Shown here: one piece after another, positions 50,548 to 57,651 of the stretch
Position numbering within the stretch: the stretch's first letter is position 1
Layout: every line of letters starts with the position of its first letter
From: Candidatus Nomurabacteria bacterium
Lineage (GTDB): Bacteria; Patescibacteriota; Patescibacteriia; UBA1558; GWA2-36-10
Assembly: GCA_020632415.1 (NCBI GenBank)
Contig: JACKFO010000002.1
Coordinates: forward strand, 578,732-642,731
DNA: 64,000 bases
Reading direction: 5' to 3'
Notes under the pieces: generated by a model
The model's input: only the letters and a program-made list of their open reading frames with translations
Told to the model about the DNA's origin: nothing
The model's database searches: none
Translations under genes and position numbers: made by a program

Positions 50548-50652
50548 CGATTATTTTTTCAAAAATTATGTCTATATTATAACACAAATGAATCTAAATA
50601 AAAAATCAGCCGTAAAAGAACTTAAAGCTGATTCAACTTGCAAAAATAAGCT

Positions 50653-51495
50653 CTACTCACAAGCACATAAACGATAAAAATACAGGTAGACCTCTGAGCA
50701 AGTATACGCTGGGTTGGCTGCATCAGAAAAACAATAGTGCCCACCTCCAGCAAAATCTGGATCGAGTTTTGCTGGTGCATAAGGCTGACCATCTGCAACG
50801 GTACACCCACCCGTGCAATCTAAGCCCGCTGCAGCGTGTAAACTACAATCACCCGATGCCTCCACTACATCCGCTACGCAGGTCAAAGCATTCTCAGAAC
50901 AAACCTCTGTACAAGTCATGCCAGTAGCGCTGGCTACATACCAACAATAGCCACCAAAATCAGTTCCACCGCAAGAAGGAGCAGTCGCAATTGCTACTTT
51001 AATTTGCGTATTAAAAACCACTTCTGAATCTGCATAATCACAAGAGCCAATCAATAAATTACCAGCAGCATCGCCTGTTAAATAATAGCCAGTATCTGCA
51101 GAATTTATTTTTTCTGGATCAACCGGCAAAGTAGCTAAATAAGAATCCAAAAAATCAGTCGAACTATCAACGACCAAACACTCTAGCTCATCACCGGCAC
51201 AAGTTAGAGTAGTCGCTGTGTCACACAAGACTTTCTTAGTGGTCGTAATCTCTCCAGTAATTGGTAATTGTCCTTGGTTATTTCGAACATAGTCTTTCAA
51301 GGCTTGCGCAACGACCAAAATATCCTGATTTCTTCTAGAGTCTTTAGCGGCATTCAGACGGGTAGCTGGATCAACAGCAACCCAAAGGCCAGCGGCCAAG
51401 ATAACAAACACCGCAAGCGAGACAATTAAACCTGGCAAACTAAATCCTTTGTTATTTACCACTTTATTCTCCCCTAAATTTTCTGAAAAACTCAT
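50653..51495 (-). CDS. Type IV pilin-like or pseudopilin-like protein with a non-canonical N-terminus (no Glu5) and a Cys-rich C-terminal domain
   Basis: Leader …NNKG then FSLPGLIVSLAVFVILAAG, where KGF-S-L-P-G replaces the canonical KGFTLIE. The C-terminal 110 aa contain about 16 Cys. GC is somewhat elevated (~45%). Confidence 0.55.
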   Translation of the reverse strand: MSFSENLGENKVVNNKGFSLPGLIVSLAVFVILAAGLWVAVDPATRLNAAKDSRRNQDILVVAQALKDYVRNNQGQLPITGEITTTKKVLCDTATTLTCAGDELECLVVDSSTDFLDSYLATLPVDPEKINSADTGYYLTGDAAGNLLIGSCDYADSEVVFNTQIKVAIATAPSCGGTDFGGYCWYVASATGMTCTEVCSENALTCVADVVEASGDCSLHAAAGLDCTGGCTVADGQPYAPAKLDPDFAGGGHYCFSDAANPAYTCSEVYLYFYRLCACE

Positions 51496-52659
51496 AAAAT
51501 AATTATAACATTTCAAAAATCAAAAAAACAGCCCTCATGCTTTGTGCTGAAGACTGTTTTTTTGCGCGATTATGGATTTAAGGCGATGACTTATTTTGTT
51601 GTTGGTCTTTTTCAAGGACTAACAAGTCGTCTTCTGGTCTAATACTTAAATCATCTTCTGTTTTCTTCATCAGAGCATTATTGGTCTTTTCAGACTCCTC
51701 GCTCTGATCTCTTGATTGATTTGAAAAGGGCATGAGCAAATTTTGTTTTAATTTTTTAAGCATACAAAGTATACGGTGCCCAACTAAATAATAGTAAGAT
51801 TAAAACGGGCGTCCACGTATTTTGTATTATTTTGATTTGCATATTTTTAAAATTAAGCAGTAAAAATTGCCGTTTCTAAAATAAATAGAGCGAGCAATAA
51901 CCAGCTTTCATGGGTCTCCCAATTAGGAGAGGCTTTGCGACTTGATAAGCGAAATGATTTTTGACACTGACAATTTTCGCTTCCACATTTTTGACATTCC
52001 ATATTTTTGTTTTTATTTTTATTAATTTTTTTATTAAATAGTTGGAGCCATTGAAACCATGAGCATAAAAGACAAGACTGCGCATAGGGTCACAATCGCC
52101 CAGTACTCTCCGCTTCTCAATTTTTCATTTTTGTGACTTGAAACAAGTCGAAACGATAATACTTTGGACATAGTTTTAATTTTTAAATATTTTAAATAAA
52201 TTCGTGGATTTTAAAATAAATTATTTTTGCCCACCGCCCAGATCAGCAAAAATGCCCCGGCTGAACAAAAACTTATTAATAACCAATAATCACTATTTTG
52301 AAGATGCCGATCCTTCCAGCTTAAAACCAAACGAAAAGAATGAACTTCCTCATACGTAGGGCTTAAGGCCCAAGGATCATTGGCTCTAACTAAACGAAAT
52401 GATTGATTTTCTTGATTATTCATAAAGCTTAATAAAAAATAAAAGCTGGCTATTTAACGAAAAGAAAAGACTTTCCGAAAAATCTTGCCAACTTTTATTA
52501 TTGATAAATACATCATAGCAGAAAAATTTGCTTTTGTCAATCTGATTAATCTCATTTTTATACTAATATTAGCCAAAATAAATAAAATCTAAGGCTGATT
52601 TTGACAAGAAAAATACTCTTTGCTATACTTTAGTAAACTAAAGTAAGCTAAAAAAACCA

Positions 52660-52977
52660 ATGAAATCAAGCTTAAACTACAATCAACAATTATTCCAAGC
52701 CTTTTTACAATTAAAAAACTCTGAAGAATTGGGACGTTTTTGCCATGATTTATTAAGTCCTAGTGAAATCAGGGAAGTTTCTGCTCGTTTTCAAGCCGCC
52801 AAAATGCTCAAAAACAAAATCTCCTACCAAGTGATTATTGCGGAGACTGGACTTTCTTCAGCCACGATTGCCAAAATTTCCCGCAATCTCAAAAATAGCC
52901 GCGGTGGCTATAAATTAGCTTTCAAAAGACTTAGTGATCGTAAATTGCATCTTGAAAAGAAAACTAATAACTGTTAA
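52660..52977 (+). CDS. TrpR-like (YerC/YecD family) DNA-binding protein
   Basis: GLSSATIAKISRNLKNS helix-turn-helix signature of the Trp-repressor family. Confidence 0.65.
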   Translation: MKSSLNYNQQLFQAFLQLKNSEELGRFCHDLLSPSEIREVSARFQAAKMLKNKISYQVIIAETGLSSATIAKISRNLKNSRGGYKLAFKRLSDRKLHLEKKTNNC

Positions 52978-53000
52978 CATAAATCAAATAATAAAAAAAT

Positions 53001-53213
53001 ATGAAAATTGAAGTAGAACGAGAACTATGTATCAGTGTTGCTGCTTGTTTGCAAGCTGCGCCAAATACTTTTGAGCTAGATGACGAAGGAATTGCAATTG
53101 TCAAAAATCCAAGTGGTGATGACAAAGAAGCAATTTTAAAAGCAGCGATGAGCTGCCCAGTCAACGCTATCATTGTCCATGATGATGACGGCACACAACT
53201 TTGGCCAAAATAA
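53001..53213 (+). CDS. Single-cluster ferredoxin (Pyrococcus-type [3Fe-4S]/[4Fe-4S])
   Basis: C-x5-C … CP ligand pattern (ELCISVAAC … SCPVNAI), 70 aa. Confidence 0.6.
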   Translation: MKIEVERELCISVAACLQAAPNTFELDDEGIAIVKNPSGDDKEAILKAAMSCPVNAIIVHDDDGTQLWPK

Positions 53214-53284
53214 TTTGGCTGATCACTAGTAGCTTATCAAATTTAAACTACTAGCGATTAGCTAAAAAATTATCATTTATATAT

Positions 53285-53752
53285 ATGAAAGATTATAAAG
53301 ACATTGCCCCGATCAAAGTCGGTGACAAAGCTCCTCTATTTACTTTAAAAAATCAACGAGGAGAAAAAATATCTTTAAAAAACTTTTTGGGCAAACAAAA
53401 TGTTTTATTAATCTTTTATCCAGGAGACAATACCCCCGGCTGCACCAAACAACTTTGCGCAATCAGAGATGATTTTTCTCAATTTCAAAGCAAAGATACT
53501 GTTGTTTTTGGCATAAATCAAGCTGACCCTGATTCTCACCAAAAATTTATCGATAACTATCAATTTCCTTTTGATTTATTGATCGACACAGATCGTCAAA
53601 TTTCAGCCAAATATAAAGCAATGAAATTTATGTTTGGTCACCCAAGCATTTTACGCTCTGTAGTCTTAATCAATCCAGAAGGAAAAATAATCTTTTTAAA
53701 ACGTGGTCTGCCAGAAAACAAAGAAATTTTGGCAGCATTAAATAATCATTAA
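53285..53752 (+). CDS. bcp: Peroxiredoxin, Bcp type (thiol peroxidase)
   Basis: FYPGDNTPGCTKQLCAIRD, with the peroxidatic Cys in a PGCT context. Confidence 0.8.
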   Translation: MKDYKDIAPIKVGDKAPLFTLKNQRGEKISLKNFLGKQNVLLIFYPGDNTPGCTKQLCAIRDDFSQFQSKDTVVFGINQADPDSHQKFIDNYQFPFDLLIDTDRQISAKYKAMKFMFGHPSILRSVVLINPEGKIIFLKRGLPENKEILAALNNH

Positions 53753-53763
53753 TTTGTAATTAT

Positions 53764-54387
53764 ATGAAATATACAACGCCCCTATTGCCTTATGCTTATA
53801 ATGCCTTAGAGCCTTATATCGACCAGGCAACTATGGAAATTCACCATGATAAACATCATGTTGCTTATACAAGCAAGCTCAACGCTGCCTTAGAAGCGCA
53901 TCCAGACTTATTTAACAAAAGCGCTGAAGAATTATTAGCTGGCCTAGAAACATTGCCAGCCGAAATCAAACTAGCTGTCCAAAACAATGGTGGCGGACAT
54001 GTTCATCATAGTTTTTTCTGGGAAATTTTACGTCCTGGCACAGAAAATAATTTACCCGCCGGAGAAATAGCCAAGGCTATCAACGATACTTTTGGTTCTT
54101 TTGAAAAATTTCAAGAAGAATTTGCAAATGCCGCCTCTACTGTTTTTGGTTCTGGCTGGGCTTGGCTGGTTATAGATCCTTCGACAGACTCAGGAGAATT
54201 AAAAATTACCAAAACATCAAATCAAGACAGTCCCTATTCACTTGGACAAATTCCTCTTTTGGGACTCGACGTTTGGGAACACGCTTATTATCTAAAATAC
54301 CAAAATCGTCGTCCAGAATATATAGAAAATTTTTGGCCAATTGTGAACTGGGACAAAATAAACGAATTATATTTAAAAAATAAATAA
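53764..54387 (+). CDS. sodA: Fe/Mn superoxide dismutase
   Basis: EIHHDKHH … DVWEHAYYL metal-ligand motifs. Confidence 0.9.
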   Translation: MKYTTPLLPYAYNALEPYIDQATMEIHHDKHHVAYTSKLNAALEAHPDLFNKSAEELLAGLETLPAEIKLAVQNNGGGHVHHSFFWEILRPGTENNLPAGEIAKAINDTFGSFEKFQEEFANAASTVFGSGWAWLVIDPSTDSGELKITKTSNQDSPYSLGQIPLLGLDVWEHAYYLKYQNRRPEYIENFWPIVNWDKINELYLKNK

Positions 54388-54416
54388 ATTAAATAACTAA
54401 ACATTAAATCAAAATT

Positions 54417-55070
54417 ATGAATACAGAAAATATGAACGAATGTTGTGGTGGCAATTGTGGCTGCAGTGACACAGAAGAAATGTCTTCTTGTTGTTGCGGA
54501 ACTTGCTCACCAAAAATAGGTCAAGCTGCGCCAAAATTTCAAACCGAAGCTTACCACGAAGAACAAGTCAAAAAAATTTCTTTAAATGATTATAAAGGAA
54601 AATGGCTAATCTTATTTTTCTACCCAGCCGACTTTACTTTTGTTTGTCCAACTGAGCTTGGAGATTTAGCCGATCACTACGAAGAGATCCAAAAACTTAA
54701 TACCGAAATTTTATCAGTCAGCACTGACACAGTTTTTGTTCACAAAGCTTGGCATGAAGATTCAGAGACAATCAAGAAAATCAAATTTCCAATGGTCGCT
54801 GATCCAACTGGTAAAATCACTCGTTCTTACGGCGTGATGATTGAAGAAGAAGGTCTTGCCTTACGCGGAACTTTTATCATTGATCCTGAAGGAAAATTAA
54901 GAACAATCGAAATCCACGGTGATGGCATCGGACGTTCTAGTAAAGAACTATTACGCCGATTACAAGCTGCACAATTTGTCCATAAATACGGTGACCAAGT
55001 TTGTCCAGCAAACTGGGAGCCAGGCGCTGACACTTTGAAACCAGGTTTGGACTTAGTCGGTAAAATCTAA
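54417..55070 (+). CDS. Typical 2-Cys peroxiredoxin (AhpC/Prx1) with a 35-aa Cys-rich N-terminal extension
   Basis: Peroxidatic FTFVCPTEL and resolving VCPANW. The N-terminus MNTENMNECCGGNCGCSDTEEMSSCCCGTCSP has 9 Cys. Confidence 0.8.
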   Translation: MNTENMNECCGGNCGCSDTEEMSSCCCGTCSPKIGQAAPKFQTEAYHEEQVKKISLNDYKGKWLILFFYPADFTFVCPTELGDLADHYEEIQKLNTEILSVSTDTVFVHKAWHEDSETIKKIKFPMVADPTGKITRSYGVMIEEEGLALRGTFIIDPEGKLRTIEIHGDGIGRSSKELLRRLQAAQFVHKYGDQVCPANWEPGADTLKPGLDLVGKI

Positions 55071-55092
55071 GATACTTACAAAACAAAAAAAT

Positions 55093-55125
55093 AAGCCCCT
55101 AAGACATTTGGGGTTTATTTTTTTA
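55093..55125 (+). terminator. Rho-independent terminator of the redox operon
   Basis: AAGCCCCTAAGACATTTGGGGTTT followed by ATTTTTTT. Confidence 0.65.
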
Positions 55126-55173
55126 CAAAAATTTTGGCAGAAAATTAGAATTTAAGTTATACTTAATTCAGAT

Positions 55174-55238
55174 GGCGCAAAGCTACCTTAAAAATCTCTG
55201 AACAGAGACGGTAGGAACTAAATTTAGTTTCTATCGCC
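55174..55238 (+). promoter_or_regulatory. Structured 5' leader (candidate three-way-junction RNA) upstream of the beta-CASP RNase gene
   Basis: P1 GGCG/CGCC. P2 AGCTACC…GGTAGG encloses the hairpin TCTCTGAACAGAGAC. P3 is a perfect hairpin GAACTAAA-TTTAGTTC. A candidate promoter TTGGCA-N17-TTATAC sits at 55131-55160. Confidence 0.35.
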
Positions 55239-55264
55239 TCTCTTTAGAATAAATTAATACAAAA

Positions 55265-56623
55265 ATGCCCAAAATAAAATTAACCAGCTTTGGAGCTGAT
55301 CAAGAAGTTACTGGCTCTTGTCACTTACTGGAAATAGACAACTATCGATTGCTCATTGACTGCGGTTTATTTCAAGGCGATCGAGAAAACTATCTCAAAA
55401 ATTGGGAAACTTTAGGTTTTGATCCAAAAAATATCGATGCCGTGATTTTAACCCACGCTCACTTAGACCATTGTGGTCGCTTACCGCTACTTTTCCAACA
55501 AGGTTATCAAGGAAAAGTCTATGCTACCAAAGCCACCTCTCAAATTGCTGAATTAATTTTAGCTGACAACCAAAGAATTTTGACCGAAAAAGCTAGTGAA
55601 AGAAATTTGCCAGTTTTATACAGCAAAGAAGATGTCGCAAAAATTAACCAAGCTTGGAAAACCATTCCTTATCATCAAGAAGAAAAATTAACCAATGATA
55701 TTAGCTTCCAATTTTATCATGCTGGACATATTTTGGGCGCAACAATTGTAGAAATAAAAATCCAAGATAAAATAATCATTTTTTCTGGCGACTTAGGCGG
55801 CGAGGACATGCCTTTGGTCCAAAACGTTGAATACCCTCAGTATGCAGATTTTGTAATCATGGAAAGTACCTACGGCAATCGCCAACATGAAAATAAGGCT
55901 AGCCGGGAAACAAAACTCTTAAAAGCTGTCCAAGAGATAACTCTAAAAAATTCTGTTTTAATTATCTCTGTTTTTGCTGTTGAACGCACGCAAGATATTT
56001 TAAAAGTTTTAAATGACTACTACGAAACTCATTTAGACTTCCGCGTACCAGTTTATCTAGACAGTCCTCTAGCAACCGCTGCTACCAAAATTTATCGTGA
56101 GCATAGTGAATTATTAAAGCCAGAAGTACAAGATATTTTAAAATATGACCCAGATGTTTTTTCTTTTCCTCATCTAAACATCACTAGAACTTCTCGTGAG
56201 TCAAAAACAATCAATAGCAAAGCAAGTCCAAAAATTATTTTAGCTGGCTCCGGCATGGCTGAAGGCGGACGTTTGATCCATCACTTAGCTCGCTATATTG
56301 ACCAAGCAAATAATCATATTTTATTTATGGGCTTTCAAGTTCCAGGAACTTTGGGACACAAGCTTACTCACGGTGCTTTTGATTTTGATTACTACGGGAA
56401 AACAATCAAGATCAAAGCTGTAGTTGATCAAATTGATGGCTTTTCTGCTCATGCTGATAAAACACAGCTTTTAAAATGGCTCAAGGCTTTCAAAAATAAA
56501 CCTCAAATTTATTTGACTCACGGTGATCAAAAAATCATGGAAGAGTTTATTCCTGTGATCAAAGCCGAACTTGACTTAAACGCTCAAATGCTTAAAAATA
56601 AAGAATCGGTACATTTCAACTAA
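55265..56623 (+). CDS. Metallo-beta-lactamase / beta-CASP family ribonuclease (RNase J / CPSF-like)
   Basis: HAHLDHCGRLP zinc motif, beta-CASP region, and C-terminal His (DGFSAHAD…THGD). Confidence 0.8.
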   Translation: MPKIKLTSFGADQEVTGSCHLLEIDNYRLLIDCGLFQGDRENYLKNWETLGFDPKNIDAVILTHAHLDHCGRLPLLFQQGYQGKVYATKATSQIAELILADNQRILTEKASERNLPVLYSKEDVAKINQAWKTIPYHQEEKLTNDISFQFYHAGHILGATIVEIKIQDKIIIFSGDLGGEDMPLVQNVEYPQYADFVIMESTYGNRQHENKASRETKLLKAVQEITLKNSVLIISVFAVERTQDILKVLNDYYETHLDFRVPVYLDSPLATAATKIYREHSELLKPEVQDILKYDPDVFSFPHLNITRTSRESKTINSKASPKIILAGSGMAEGGRLIHHLARYIDQANNHILFMGFQVPGTLGHKLTHGAFDFDYYGKTIKIKAVVDQIDGFSAHADKTQLLKWLKAFKNKPQIYLTHGDQKIMEEFIPVIKAELDLNAQMLKNKESVHFN

Positions 56624-56644
56624 GCAAGCAAGGAGACCTATAAG

Positions 56645-57073
56645 ATGTCTGACAAAGGCCCGATCAATATCCGCTTCGTTCTGGGAAGCCAAGCTTCCGA
56701 TGAGGCCAGAGATTTTGCCCAAGCAATCAAAGCCAAGCTAGAGAAAGAAACTGCCTTCACTTATCGATTCGTCGATGCAGAAGCAAGCGCAGAAATCTTC
56801 ATTATCCTTGGACTTGATCAAGAACACTACGAATGGCTCAGAGCAATGATTGAAAATCTAGAGTTCGGCAGTTACGCCATTTTCTATCATCCAGACTTTG
56901 CCCCTGCTGAGCTCTTTGACCTTTCTGCCCTAGAAGCTGATCACAAAGGAAGAAATCTAATTCATGCTTTCTATAGCGCTAAGTGGCTGCGGCAAGTTTT
57001 GCCTGGCGTTTGTCGCTATCTCGAAAGATACGAAGCCAATGATTTGCCAGAAGCAGAATCCCCACCGGTTTAA
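56645..57073 (+). CDS. GC-rich orphan hypothetical protein (142 aa)
   Basis: GC ~48% against the host ~32%. Strong SD AAGGAGACC. Its own GC-rich terminator (AATCCCCACCGG…CCGCTGGGGATT plus T-run) overlaps the stop. Confidence 0.55.
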   Translation: MSDKGPINIRFVLGSQASDEARDFAQAIKAKLEKETAFTYRFVDAEASAEIFIILGLDQEHYEWLRAMIENLEFGSYAIFYHPDFAPAELFDLSALEADHKGRNLIHAFYSAKWLRQVLPGVCRYLERYEANDLPEAESPPV

Positions 57074-57651
57074 ACACCGCTGGGGATTCTTTTAATTTAA
57101 CTAGCTTATTAAATTATCTCCTCTGATTAAGAGGATTTTCTACTTCTTGAGTATTGCGATCATCTTGTTTTTGCTCGAGTCGTGGATATTTTTCACTATC
57201 CAGATCACCGACAAATAAAACTGGATCAACCAAGTCTTTGGCTGAGGTTTTTGGTGGACCATTTTTTACAAATGGTTTTTTGAATCTTTTTTTGTTGTTA
57301 GTCTTATTTTTCTTAAAATTAAAAGCCATATTTTTCTTAAAATTATACCTGCAATATAGCAAAGAAAGCAGCCAAAGGCAATCAGAGCCGTCAATGTTAG
57401 ACTTTTTTTAACAATCGCTTTATAATAAAGACCCTTCAGCTTAAACAAAATACTCACAAAAATACCCGATTTAAGCTGAAAAAAATAAAATTTGGTCTGA
57501 TGCTATATTGTGTGCTATAATACTTTTGAGCACTAGATATAGTGTCTGCACTAACAAACTAAAGCTAAACAATTTTTATTTTGGCTTATTTTTTTCCAAA
57601 AAAATCATTAAAAAAATTAATTTAAATAAAATCATTAAACAAAAAAACAAT

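Noticed and set aside
57114-57411. Overlapping small ORFs (82 aa on the minus strand, 85 aa on the plus strand) between the GC-rich orphan and nrdJ
   Set aside because: Neither has motifs or a convincing start. The minus-strand one is very basic and could be real, but the evidence is insufficient to list it as a feature.
57362-57651. Expected cobalamin riboswitch upstream of B12-dependent nrdJ
   Set aside because: I could not find the B12-box or the conserved GCCACTG / GGGAAGGC cores. The leader is almost pure A/T, so NrdR-box-like palindromes are reported instead.
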